A DNA stretch of 64,000 nt from an uncultured Acidobacteriota bacterium (lineage in GTDB: Bacteria > Acidobacteriota > Thermoanaerobaculia > Thermoanaerobaculales > Sulfomarinibacteraceae), in assembly GCA_963727925.1 (NCBI GenBank), contig CAVSIS010000040.1, positions 113,936-177,935 of the forward strand. Reading direction: 5' to 3'. The notes under the pieces were generated by a model, which was not told the DNA's origin, searched no databases, and worked only from the letters and a program-made list of their open reading frames with translations. Below are positions 47,754 through 56,878 of this stretch, piece after piece. Position 1 is the stretch's first letter, and each line of letters starts with the position of its first letter. The position numbers were made by a program, and so were the translations under genes.

Positions 47754-48956
47754 ATGCTGTTCACCCTCGAGGCCTTGAAGGCGAAGCACGGCGACGCCCT
47801 CATGCTGCACTGGGGCGATCTTTCCGATCCGCAGCTTGCCCTGATCGACGGCGGGCCGTCCGGCACCTGGGGCAACGCGCTGCGCCGCCGGCTCAACGCC
47901 CTGCGCGACGCGCGCACCCCGGATGACGAGCTCCCGATCCGCCTGCTCGCGATCAGCCACATCGACGACGACCACATCCGCGGCGTGCTCGACCTCACCA
48001 GCCGCCTGCGCGAACGCAAGGAGAGCCAGCAGCCCCTGCCCTACCGCATCCACGAGCTGTGGCACAACAGCTTCGACGACCTCGTGGGCGGCAGCGCCGA
48101 CAAGCTCTTCGACGCCTCGGTGGCCGCAGTCGGCGGCGCCTCGCGTCTCAGCTCGCCCCGGCCGGGAGGGGCCCTCAGCCAGGCGGCCGGCCTCGTCGTC
48201 GCAAGCGTCGCCCAGGGCCGCGCACTCCGCGACGACGCTGTCGTTCTCCAGGTCCCGGTCAACCGGCCGGCGGGCCCGGACGACCGCGGGATGATGCTCG
48301 CGGGAGGGGCTGCTGCGCCCGCGATCGACCTCGGTGGCGGCGTCACGGTCCGCGTCGTCGGTCCGCTGCGGCAGCGGGTCGTCGACCTCCAGCGGACGTG
48401 GGACGCCGAGCTCACCCGGCTCGGCCTCGCCATCACCCCGGCCGAGCGGGCCTCTGCCGCCGCCTACGTCGACGAGTCGGTCTACAACCTCGCCAGCATC
48501 GTGCTGCTGATCGAGGCCGGCGGCAGGAAGATGCTGCTGACCGGCGACGCACGCGGCGACGACATCCTCGCCGGCCTCTCCGCCGCAGGGCTGCTCAAGG
48601 ACGGCCGCCTCCACGTCGATCTGCTCAAGATGCCCCACCACGGCAGCGACCGCAACGTCGAGACCGGGTTCTTCCGCGCGGTCACTGCCGACCACTACGT
48701 GGTCTCGGGCAACGGCAAGTACGGCAACCCCGAGCCGGCGACCTTCCAGATGCTGTTTGCCGCGCGCCCGGACGAGGCCTTCACCCTCCACCTCACCTAC
48801 CCACCCGCCGACCTCGGCTCTAACTACCCGGTGGACCGGCTCGAGCGTCTGCTCGAGTGCCAGCGCGCGGCCGGTCACCCGTTCCAGCTCGAGACCCCGC
48901 CCGACGGGAAGGTCAGCCTGACGGTCGACCTGGGGGAGCCCCTGCCGGAGACGTAG
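47754..48956 (+). CDS. MBL-fold metallo-hydrolase (ComEC-like HxDxDH variant), no signal peptide
   Basis: AAAGGAGAGG upstream. HGDALMLHWG..LALIDGGP, ISHIDDDHIRG, LLLTGDARGDD and KMPHHGSDRN are the successive metallo-beta-lactamase motifs. Confidence 0.8.
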   Translation: MLFTLEALKAKHGDALMLHWGDLSDPQLALIDGGPSGTWGNALRRRLNALRDARTPDDELPIRLLAISHIDDDHIRGVLDLTSRLRERKESQQPLPYRIHELWHNSFDDLVGGSADKLFDASVAAVGGASRLSSPRPGGALSQAAGLVVASVAQGRALRDDAVVLQVPVNRPAGPDDRGMMLAGGAAAPAIDLGGGVTVRVVGPLRQRVVDLQRTWDAELTRLGLAITPAERASAAAYVDESVYNLASIVLLIEAGGRKMLLTGDARGDDILAGLSAAGLLKDGRLHVDLLKMPHHGSDRNVETGFFRAVTADHYVVSGNGKYGNPEPATFQMLFAARPDEAFTLHLTYPPADLGSNYPVDRLERLLECQRAAGHPFQLETPPDGKVSLTVDLGEPLPET

Positions 48957-49231
48957 ACGACGCACCACCGAGACTGAGCGCGGGCGCTGGCTCCGATCCG
49001 GGATCGGGCAGCGGGCCGCAGGCAGTGGGCGGCGAGTTCGGGAGCGAGGTGTCGTGGGCGGCCGTGTGGTCCTGACATCGAGAAAGCGTCTCTATTGCAA
49101 TTGCGGTGATTTCATCGTATGGTTGTCTCCAGTCCACCAACAAGCTGAAGAAGACGGGGAAACCCGGGGTCTCAGCCCAACCGGCCTCCGGCTACCGGCC
49201 CGAGGTCACGCAGACTGGAAAGGACGCAACG

Positions 49232-50090
49232 ATGTTCAAGAAGATCCTCGTGGCAGTGGCAATGTGGTGCTGCGTGGCAGGAGTTCAGGCGCAGTCCTCC
49301 CGACTCTCCGGCGTACCCGCCGGGATCGACAGAGAGTCCGTGGATGTTCTGCCCATGGGGAACCAGCACAGGTTGGAGGGCCGCTTCGCACCCGACATGG
49401 CGCAGATCGCGAAGAAGGGTGACATCACTATCGAGACGGTCGGCGACCCGGACTCCTTCGGCCACAACATGACCTATCTCGGCCTGGCCCAGACAGAGAC
49501 GCTCATCCTGACGGACCCGACGGTCCCGGGTGAGCATCCCTGCAGCTACTACTTGGCGCAGGGTTACACCCAGTGCGTCGAGACCAGTCCAGCGCCGGGA
49601 CGTCACATCGGTCAACATCCCCGACCTCGCCTCGATCGTGCTGCCCGGAAAAGCGACGAAGTCGATCATCTGCTTCACGTTCACGCCGATCAACTCGTGG
49701 AACTGGTCCAACAACACGGGGTCTCCGCAAACAGCGTATATGTTCCTCCGGCCCTCGGTGCGGATCCAGAGCGACACGCTCATCGGCCTGGTCGACCTCA
49801 ACGGGAATCCCTTCGTCGACGGCGTGCTGATGGACTCGACCATCACCACCGCTCTCCAGGCACGCACTCTGAACGACGGCGAGTTCGACATCCAGTACAG
49901 CGCGACGACCCGCAGCTGCATCGGTGGTCTGGTGAGCGAGCGGGCGCTGAGGGAAGGCTATGGTCTGACGAACGCGCAGATCAAGGACTTCTTCAAGAAC
50001 CCGATCACGCTCAGCTTCGGCGTGTACGGCAGCGTCTCGATGGTCACCAGCGCGAGCTACCTCGTCGGCGTCCGCCTCTACGGCGACTGA
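49232..50090 (+). CDS. hypothetical secreted protein, lower GC than surroundings (frameshifted as sequenced)
   Basis: Signal peptide MFKKILVAVAMWCCVAGVQA. One extra G at about 49598 (VETSPAP|g|DVTSVNIPDL), and 859 minus 1 is 858 nt. I recognise no family. Confidence 0.6.
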
Positions 50091-50110
50091 GCCGCCCAAC
50101 ACGCCCGACC

Positions 50111-50155
50111 AGGGTGCCTCCCTCCGAGGGTGGCACCCTCTTCTCTTTCCTTTGT
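50111..50155 (+). terminator. intrinsic terminator
   Basis: AGGGTGCCtCCCT-ccg-AGGGtGGCACCCT followed by CTTCTCTTTCCTTTG, 20 nt after the stop. Confidence 0.65.
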
Positions 50156-50180
50156 CACGTTGCACACCGTCGGAACGTGA

Positions 50181-50387
50181 TCAACCTGGCGCGAGATGGG
50201 CTTGGGTCACGCCGTCCGCAGCGGCGGCGGCTCCCTCACCACCGCGCGTGAGCATGGTGTCGCCGAGCACCAGCAGGTCCATGTGCGTGCGCAGGAAACA
50301 GTCCAACGCCTGCTCCGGCCTGCACACGATGGGCTCGTTCTCGTTGAACGGGGTGTTGAGTCCCAGGACGATCACCGGCCGCGCCAC
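50181..50387 (-). pseudogene. C-terminal fragment of a carbamoyltransferase (NodU/CmcH-type)
   Basis: VIVLGLNTPFNENEPIVCRPEQALDCFLRTHMDLLVLGDTML matches the conserved C-terminal NTSFN..GEPIV..P.dA..cF....mD.LVLG block. Only about 60 residues are present, and just 80 nt separate it from the gcvPB stop. Confidence 0.6.
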
Positions 50388-50414
50388 ACCAGCTCGCGCC
50401 TCACTTCACCCCGA

Positions 50415-50454
50415 GACCTTCTCACCTTCTGACCTTTTCAACTTCTGACGTCTC
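50415..50454. repeat. degenerate tandem octamers (ACCTTCTC ACCTTCTG ACCTTTTC AACTTCTG ACGTCTCG)
   Basis: Read directly. The repeats sit between the carbamoyltransferase fragment and the gcvPB stop. Confidence 0.4.
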
Positions 50455-50468
50455 GCATCTCGCGGGCC

Positions 50469-51944
50469 CTACTCCGGCGTCCACCTCGTCTTGAGCTGGC
50501 GCGCTGCGCGGACCTCGTCGACTCTGCGGACCGGCGTGGTGTGCGGCGCGGTCTTGACCAGCTCGGGGTTCTCATCGGCCTCTCGCGCGATGGCGAGCAT
50601 CGCGTCGCAGAACGCCTCGATCTCCTCGGGTGGGGCGCTCTCGGTCGGCTCGATCATGAGCGCACCGTGGACGATCAGCGGAAACGACATCGTCGGCGGG
50701 TGGAAGCCGTAGTCGAGCAGCCGCTTCGCGATGTCGGTGTTGTGGACGTCGCGGACCGCCTGGCGGCTGTCGTCGAACACCACCTCGTGCAGGCTCGGTG
50801 CGTCGAACTTGAGGTGGTAGGCGCCGCGCAGCCGGTGGCGCACCAGGTTGGCGTAGAGCACCGCCACGTCGGACATCGCGCGCATCCCGTCGGCGCCCAT
50901 GGCGCGGATGTAGGTGAGGGCGCGCACCAGCACGAGGAAGTTCCCGAAGTAGCCGCGCAGGGCGCCGATCGAGCGCGGGTCGTCCCACAGCATGCGGAAG
51001 CGGCCGTTGTCCGTGCGCTCGACCCGCGGTACCGGCAGGTGGGGCAGCAGCGCCTCGGACACCGCAACCGGGCCCGCCCCGGGCCCGCCGCCCCCGTGCG
51101 GGGTCGAAAAGGTCTTGTGGAGGTTGATGTGCATGGCGTCGGCGCCCATCCGCCCAGGCAGCGCGCGACCGACGAAGGCGTTGAGGTTGGCGCCGTCCAT
51201 GTACAGGTAAGCGCCGCGCCGGTGGACGAGCTCCGCGATCTGGACGATCCGGTGCTCGAACACGCCCAGGGTGTTGGGCACCGTGAGCATGATCGCGGCG
51301 ACCTCGTCGGTCATCATCTTGTCGAGGGTGTCAAGGCCGACCGTTCCCTCCGGCCCCGACGGCATCTCGACCGCACGGAACCCTGCGAAGGCCGCCGTGG
51401 CCGGATTGGTACCGTGCGCCGAGTCGGGCACCAACACCACCTCGCGGCGCTCGCCGCGGTCTTCGAGGGCCTTGCGGATCATCAGGATGCCGGCGAGCTC
51501 GCCGTGCGCTCCAGCGGCCGGCTGGAGGGTGACCCCGGCCATACCGGTGAGCGTCTTGAGCGCCTCCTCGAGCTCCCACATCAAGGCCATTGAGCCCTGG
51601 ATCTGCTCATCGGGTTGGAGCGGGTGCACGTCGGCGAAGCCCGCCAGACGCGCGGTGCGCTCGTTGATCCTCGGGTTGTACTTCATGGTGCACGAGCCGA
51701 GCGGGTAGAGGCCCTCGTCGACCGCGTAGTTGAGCTGGCTGAGGCGGTGGAAGTGTTGGACGACCTCGAGCTCGCCGAGGTCGGGCAACGGCAGCTCGTC
51801 ATCACGGAGGAGCTCCGCCGGCAGCAGGTCCGTGGGGTCGACGTCGGCGACGTCAAGGGCCGGCAGGAGCACGCCCTGGCGCCGGGTGCGGAGCGGGTTG
51901 CGCTCGAAGATCAGCGGTTCCTCGCGCAGTGCGCGGCGCCTCAT
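50469..51944 (-). CDS. gcvPB: glycine dehydrogenase (decarboxylating) subunit 2
   Basis: 491 aa with GSCTMKYNP and the PLP site NLHKTFSTPHGGGGPG. Confidence 0.93.
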   Translation of the reverse strand: MRRRALREEPLIFERNPLRTRRQGVLLPALDVADVDPTDLLPAELLRDDELPLPDLGELEVVQHFHRLSQLNYAVDEGLYPLGSCTMKYNPRINERTARLAGFADVHPLQPDEQIQGSMALMWELEEALKTLTGMAGVTLQPAAGAHGELAGILMIRKALEDRGERREVVLVPDSAHGTNPATAAFAGFRAVEMPSGPEGTVGLDTLDKMMTDEVAAIMLTVPNTLGVFEHRIVQIAELVHRRGAYLYMDGANLNAFVGRALPGRMGADAMHINLHKTFSTPHGGGGPGAGPVAVSEALLPHLPVPRVERTDNGRFRMLWDDPRSIGALRGYFGNFLVLVRALTYIRAMGADGMRAMSDVAVLYANLVRHRLRGAYHLKFDAPSLHEVVFDDSRQAVRDVHNTDIAKRLLDYGFHPPTMSFPLIVHGALMIEPTESAPPEEIEAFCDAMLAIAREADENPELVKTAPHTTPVRRVDEVRAARQLKTRWTPE

Positions 51945-53299
51945 GACACCCTCCCGAGCGCGGCGACGAAGGCGTCGAGCTCCGCCACGGCGTTGCGCTC
52001 CGTGACCGCCACCAGGAGGCCGTCAGGCCACGATCCGCCCCAACGACGCGCCGCCACCCCGGCGAGTACGCCTTCCCCAGCCAGCCGGGAGGCCAGCTCC
52101 TCGCCAGATGCCGGGCCCAGGAGCAGGAACTCGTTGAAGGTCGGCGACGCGGGGTAGGCCAGCCGCCAACTGCCGCCGACGCCGGAGATCCTCGTCTTGA
52201 GGGCCTGCGCGCGGGACAGGTTCTGTCGAGCGAGCTGTCCCAGCCCGGTACCCCCGATCGCCTCCAGCCAGACGGTCGCGGCGAGCGCCATCAGACCCTG
52301 GTTGGTGCAGATATTGGAGGTCGCTTTGGCGCGGCGGATGTGCTGCTCGCGAGTCGCCAGCGTAAGGCAAAACGCCCTCCGCCCTTCCTCGTCGACGCTC
52401 TCGCCGACCAGCCGACCTGGGAGCTGGCGGATGTGGGACTGCTGGCAGGCGAAGAACCCCAGGTGGGGCCCACCGAAACCGGGCGCGACGCCGAACGACT
52501 GCGCCTCGCCGCACACCACGTCGAAACCGAAGCTGCCGCCGCCCTTGAGCAGCCCGAGCGAGACCGCTTCTGTCACCACCTGGATCGAGAGAGCGCCCGC
52601 ACCGCGAGCGACCTCGGCGATCTCCGCGAGCGGTTCGATCACACCGAGGAAGCCGGGCGACTGCACGACGACGGCACAGGTCGCCCCGGACGTCGCCCTC
52701 CGCAGCTGCTCGAGATCCACCCGCCCATCCGCCCCCGTCGACACGGTCACGACCTCGAGCCCTGCGGACGATGCATAGGCGTCGAGGACACGTCGGTAGA
52801 TCGGGTGGACTGTCTCCGCCATGACCACCCGGTCGCGCACACCGCGCAGCACCCGGTGGGCCATGAGCACCGCCTCGACCATCGCCGTCGCGCCGTCGTA
52901 CAACGAGGCGTTGGCGACGTCGAGCCCGGTCAACTGGCAGATCAGGGTCTGGAACTCGTACACCACCTGGAGCGTGCCCTGGCTGATCTCCGGCTGGTAC
53001 GGGGTGTAGGAGGTGAAGAACTCGGCGCGCGACAGGACTGCGTCGACGACGGACGGCTGGATGTGGCGATAGACACCGGCGCCGAGGAAGCTCGGCCGGT
53101 CTCCCATCGAGCGGTTGCCCGCCGCCAGCCGTTCCATTTCAGCCATTACCGAGCCCTCGTCGCGGGCCTCGGGTAGGTCGACCCGGTCGACACAGACCTC
53201 GGCCGGTAGCGCGGCGAAGAGATCGTCCACCGACCCGAGCCCGAGCTCGTCCAATATGCGCCGCCGGTCCTCGGGTCCAGCCCCGATCCAGGGATGCAT
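51941..53299 (-). CDS. gcvPA: glycine dehydrogenase (decarboxylating) subunit 1
   Basis: 452 aa with FLGAGVYRHIQPSVV, YTPYQPEISQGTLQ and ATREQHIRRAKATSNICTNQ. It overlaps gcvPB by 4 nt. Confidence 0.93.
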   Translation of the reverse strand: MHPWIGAGPEDRRRILDELGLGSVDDLFAALPAEVCVDRVDLPEARDEGSVMAEMERLAAGNRSMGDRPSFLGAGVYRHIQPSVVDAVLSRAEFFTSYTPYQPEISQGTLQVVYEFQTLICQLTGLDVANASLYDGATAMVEAVLMAHRVLRGVRDRVVMAETVHPIYRRVLDAYASSAGLEVVTVSTGADGRVDLEQLRRATSGATCAVVVQSPGFLGVIEPLAEIAEVARGAGALSIQVVTEAVSLGLLKGGGSFGFDVVCGEAQSFGVAPGFGGPHLGFFACQQSHIRQLPGRLVGESVDEEGRRAFCLTLATREQHIRRAKATSNICTNQGLMALAATVWLEAIGGTGLGQLARQNLSRAQALKTRISGVGGSWRLAYPASPTFNEFLLLGPASGEELASRLAGEGVLAGVAARRWGGSWPDGLLVAVTERNAVAELDAFVAALGRVS

Positions 53300-53679
53300 C
53301 AGTGGCTCTCCTCCGCGAGGAATGCCTGGTACTCCTCGGGCTCGAGCAAGTCACCGTCCTCGCTGGCCGCAATCCTGACCAGCCACCCGTCACCATACGG
53401 GTCTTCGTTGACCAAGTTGGGCTCGTCGGCGAGCCGCTCGTTGACCGCGACCACCTCACCGGCGATCGGGGCGAAGAACTCCGACACCGCCTTGACCGAC
53501 TCCAGGGTGCCGATCTCCTCGCCCCCGTCGACGTTGCGCCCGACGTCGGGCAGCTCCACGTACACCACTTCGCCGAGCTGCTCCTGCGCGTACTGGGTGA
53601 TGCCGACCACCACCTCTGCGCCGTCCTTGCGCAGCCACTCGTGCGACCGGGTGTACTTCAGATCACCGGGAACCGACAT
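53299..53679 (-). CDS. gcvH: glycine cleavage system H protein
   Basis: AGGAGG upstream. It has YTRSHEWL, the lipoyl-lysine context LESVKAVSE and DPYGDGWL. 126 aa. Confidence 0.93.
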   Translation of the reverse strand: MSVPGDLKYTRSHEWLRKDGAEVVVGITQYAQEQLGEVVYVELPDVGRNVDGGEEIGTLESVKAVSEFFAPIAGEVVAVNERLADEPNLVNEDPYGDGWLVRIAASEDGDLLEPEEYQAFLAEESH

Positions 53680-53829
53680 GACAACCTCCTTCGCTCGCCT
53701 GCCCACCGCAGAGCCCTGAAGCGTTGCTTCGGGATCCGCGGGCTCGATGCTGAGGGGCCCGAAGGCCCGTTTCCGGCCGCCTGGGACGGCCACCATCACG
53801 TGCCGCCCTCGAGGGCGGTTCGACACGGC

Positions 53830-54951
53830 CTACGTCGACTTCTTGCGTGAGTAGAACGGTAACGGTACGACGCGTGCCCGGGCCGTCCGGCCGCGAATCT
53901 CCACCCAGAACTCCCGCCCCGGCTCCGCGGACTCGACCGGAAGATAGGTCATGCCGACGGCATGTTCGAGAGTCGGCGAGTGGGTCCCGGAGGTCACCAC
54001 CCCGACCGGCTCCGCGGCGTCGCCGAGCGCAACCGGGTAGCCGTGACGCGCAATTCCACGGTCTACCATCTCGAACCCGACCAGGCGCCGCTCGACCCCC
54101 TCAGAGATCTGGCGCTCGAGCACGTCGCGACCGATGAAGTCGCCCTTCTCGGGCTTGACGATCCAGCCCAACCCCGCCTCGAGCGGCGTCGTGGTCCGAT
54201 CGATGTCATTGCCGTACAGAGGCATTCCGGCCTCGAGGCGGAGGGTATCGCGAGCCCCGAGCCCGGCCGGAATGAGACCGACCGGCCGCCCCGCAACGAG
54301 CAGAGCGCGCCACACCGAGGGGGCGTCGTCCGGCGCCAGGTAGAGCTCGAAACCGTCCTCGCCGGTGTAGCCGGTCCGCGCGACCAGGGCCCGGCGACCC
54401 AGCACCTCGCCCCAGGTGAAGCGGTAGTAGCGGATCGTGGCGAGGTCGACCGAGGTCAAAGGCTGAAGAATCTCCTGGGCGCGGGGCCCCTGCAGGGCGA
54501 GCTGAGCGAACTCGTCCGACCGGTCCACCACATTGACGCCGTTCTCGCCGGCGGCAAGGCCGAGGAGGTAGGCGACGTCCTTGGCGCAGTTCGCCGCGTT
54601 GACGACCAGCAGGTACTCCTCGTCGCCGAGCTTGTGGACCAGCATGTCGTCGACGAAGGTCCCCTCGGGATACATCAGGCCCGTGTACTGCGCGCGACCG
54701 ACTGCCATCTTGCCGTGGTCGTTGCACGAGATGCGCTGGACGAAGTCGAGTGCGCGCGGACCGCGGATGAACACCTCACCCATGTGCGACACGTCGAAGA
54801 GCCCTGCCGCGGTCCGCACCGCGATGTGCTCGTCGACCAGGGAGGTGTACTGGACCGGCAGCTCAAACCCGGCGAACGGTACGATTCGACCCCCTGCTGC
54901 GACATGCTCATCATAGAGGGGTGTCTTTCTGAGATCGACGGTTTCAACCAT
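53830..54951 (-). CDS. gcvT: glycine cleavage system aminomethyltransferase
   Basis: GGAGGAGG upstream. It has TPLYDEHVAAGGRIVPFAGFELPVQY, FDVSHMG and ARTGYTGEDGFE. Confidence 0.93.
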   Translation of the reverse strand: MVETVDLRKTPLYDEHVAAGGRIVPFAGFELPVQYTSLVDEHIAVRTAAGLFDVSHMGEVFIRGPRALDFVQRISCNDHGKMAVGRAQYTGLMYPEGTFVDDMLVHKLGDEEYLLVVNAANCAKDVAYLLGLAAGENGVNVVDRSDEFAQLALQGPRAQEILQPLTSVDLATIRYYRFTWGEVLGRRALVARTGYTGEDGFELYLAPDDAPSVWRALLVAGRPVGLIPAGLGARDTLRLEAGMPLYGNDIDRTTTPLEAGLGWIVKPEKGDFIGRDVLERQISEGVERRLVGFEMVDRGIARHGYPVALGDAAEPVGVVTSGTHSPTLEHAVGMTYLPVESAEPGREFWVEIRGRTARARVVPLPFYSRKKST

Positions 54952-55004
54952 GCCATCCTCCTCCGCGGGCGAAGGGTAGCACCGACCCGGCCCTCGGGAA
55001 AGCC

Positions 55005-55793
55005 TCACGCTTCCGGGAGCGCTCGGGCGAGCAGCCTCGCGGCGCGCTCGAAATCGTCCGACGGATCGCCCACCTGGGAGAGCAGGAAACGACCGGTTTC
55101 GGTGAGACCGTCGAGATCCCCGCCCCGGATCAGCTCGAGCAGCCGGCCGAGCGCCCGCCGCCCGGGCTCGCTCAGGCCTGCCCGTCCGAGCTCGCGCTCG
55201 ATGACCACGCGCACCAGGGCCAACACCTCGTCCCGCTCGGCGCGCACGGCCGTCGCCGGTTCGTCCTCCCCGTCCGGCGAGACGAACGGCTCTGCTTCAC
55301 CCTGAGTGAGAGGAGGCGGCGCCGTCCTCGCGTGGCGCGGGGGGTCGTCGTCGCGAAGGCCGCCCAGAGTCAACCCCTGGGGCAGGCGACGCAGTTGGCG
55401 GCTGAACCGGCCGAGCATCAGGTAGAGCTCCTTTTCGGACGCAAAGTTGCCGACCAGACGAGCGTTGCGGTCGAGCTCGATGCTCTCTGACTCCTGCAGC
55501 ATGATGTTCGCCTGGGCGCCCTTCTCGAGGGTGATCTTGCGGGCCTTGACCCGCCACGCCGTGAGCTCGCCGGCGATGAAGCAGGAGTCGGCGGCTTGGA
55601 CCGACACGGCCTCGACCTTGACCTCCGGGTCGATCCGCACCGAGCCGGCGCCGGACTCGATCACCGAGTAGACCCCTGAGTTCTGGATCACCAGGTTGCC
55701 GGGGGTCCGGATCGAGAGCTGACCGTGCTCGTTGACCGAGATCTCCGCGCCTGCCGGGATGATCATGGTCGGATGATTGCGTTCGTCGTCCAT
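55005..55793 (-). CDS. hypothetical protein; N-terminal half resembles a bactofilin-like beta-helix (tentative)
   Basis: 262 aa. Short beta-strand repeats are present (ISVNEHGQLSIRTPGNLVIQNSGVYSVIESGAGSVRIDPEVKVEAV...). The function call is weak. Confidence 0.4.
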   Translation of the reverse strand: MDDERNHPTMIIPAGAEISVNEHGQLSIRTPGNLVIQNSGVYSVIESGAGSVRIDPEVKVEAVSVQAADSCFIAGELTAWRVKARKITLEKGAQANIMLQESESIELDRNARLVGNFASEKELYLMLGRFSRQLRRLPQGLTLGGLRDDDPPRHARTAPPPLTQGEAEPFVSPDGEDEPATAVRAERDEVLALVRVVIERELGRAGLSEPGRRALGRLLELIRGGDLDGLTETGRFLLSQVGDPSDDFERAARLLARALPEA

Positions 55794-55802
55794 CGGCTTG
55801 TC

Positions 55803-56822
55803 CTACCGCGTTACCCGCGCGGGAAGCGGGTCGAAGGAGGGCGGGGGAGCCGCACGGCTCGCAGCGAGCATTCGCTCCTGCCCGGTCCACTGGTAATCGA
55901 GGATGTAGATCCGCGGGTCCACGGGTACCGGCTCGGGTGCATCGCCCTCGCGGACCCTGACCTCGTAATGGAGGTGGGATGAGGTGCTCCAGCCCGTGTT
56001 GCCCACCGTTCCGATGGTCTCGCCGCGCTGAACGCGGGCGCCGCGACGAACGGAGATCTCCTGGAGGTGGGCATAGATCGTGAAGTATCGTCCGTCTCTG
56101 TGGGACACCACGATCACGTTGCCGTAGCGCCACCAGCGTACATTGCGTCCGAGCGGGAAGCGGCCCGCGAAGACCACACGGCCGTCTCCCGTGGCCATCA
56201 CCGGGACGCCTTCGCGGGCCGCCAGGTCGATGCCGGAGTGAAAGTCACGGCCGTTGGTGAAGGGTGAGATGCGCTCACCGAACGGCGACGTGAGCACGAA
56301 GCTGCCCACTGGCACCGGGCTGATCGAGGGCACCGCGCGGGTCAGCTCTTGGTTGGCGCGGGCGAAGCGCTCGAGCTCGTCGGCGAGAGCGAGCAGCGCC
56401 TTCGACTCGGTCCGTGCTCGGGCGGCGCGACGCGACGCGACCACCGCCTGGGGAAACGTCAAGCCGCCGTCGGGTGGATCGGGGAACCCGCCTAGGCCCT
56501 GCTCCTCCTGGTGGGCGCCGAGGACCAGCGCCATCTGGCGCTGGCGCAGACGAGCGGCGTCCAGACGCTTCTGGAGCTCTTCAAGGGCATGCTCGCGTGC
56601 GTCCAACACGTCGCGTTGGAGCCGGTTCTGGCGCTCCAGCGAATGGAGCTGCGAGCTGACCATCAGCGAGCGCAGACCGAGCGGAGAGAGCAGGAGGCCG
56701 ACCAGGACTACGAGACCCAAACAGACGCCCGCGGCGACCAGCCAGCGCATCGCACGGCGGGACACGAAGTAGTAGCGCACGCTCTGCTTGATGTTCGCCG
56801 GATGAAGCTGGATCTCATACAT
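55803..56822 (-). CDS. M23 (LytM-domain) metallopeptidase with N-terminal anchor and coiled coil
   Basis: HSGIDLAA, GNVIVVSHRDGRYFTIYAHL, GNTGWSTSSHLHYEV and an N-terminal TM helix are present. The coiled coil reads LERQNRLQRDVLDAREHALEELQKRLDAARLRQ. Confidence 0.88.
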   Translation of the reverse strand: MYEIQLHPANIKQSVRYYFVSRRAMRWLVAAGVCLGLVVLVGLLLSPLGLRSLMVSSQLHSLERQNRLQRDVLDAREHALEELQKRLDAARLRQRQMALVLGAHQEEQGLGGFPDPPDGGLTFPQAVVASRRAARARTESKALLALADELERFARANQELTRAVPSISPVPVGSFVLTSPFGERISPFTNGRDFHSGIDLAAREGVPVMATGDGRVVFAGRFPLGRNVRWWRYGNVIVVSHRDGRYFTIYAHLQEISVRRGARVQRGETIGTVGNTGWSTSSHLHYEVRVREGDAPEPVPVDPRIYILDYQWTGQERMLAASRAAPPPSFDPLPARVTR

Positions 56823-56878
56823 GGCGACAGGTCACTCTACCACGCAGGGAGCGCCCCCTCCGGTTCCCGTGATCCGGG

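Noticed and set aside
53680-55004. Glycine riboswitch controlling the gcv genes
   Set aside because: Only about 53 nt separate the gcvT start (54951) from the upstream gene stop (55005), which is too short for a glycine aptamer. The 150-nt gcvT-gcvH spacer contains simple palindromes (CCGCCCTCGAGGGCGG and GGGCCttcgGGCCC) but nothing resembling the tandem aptamer core.
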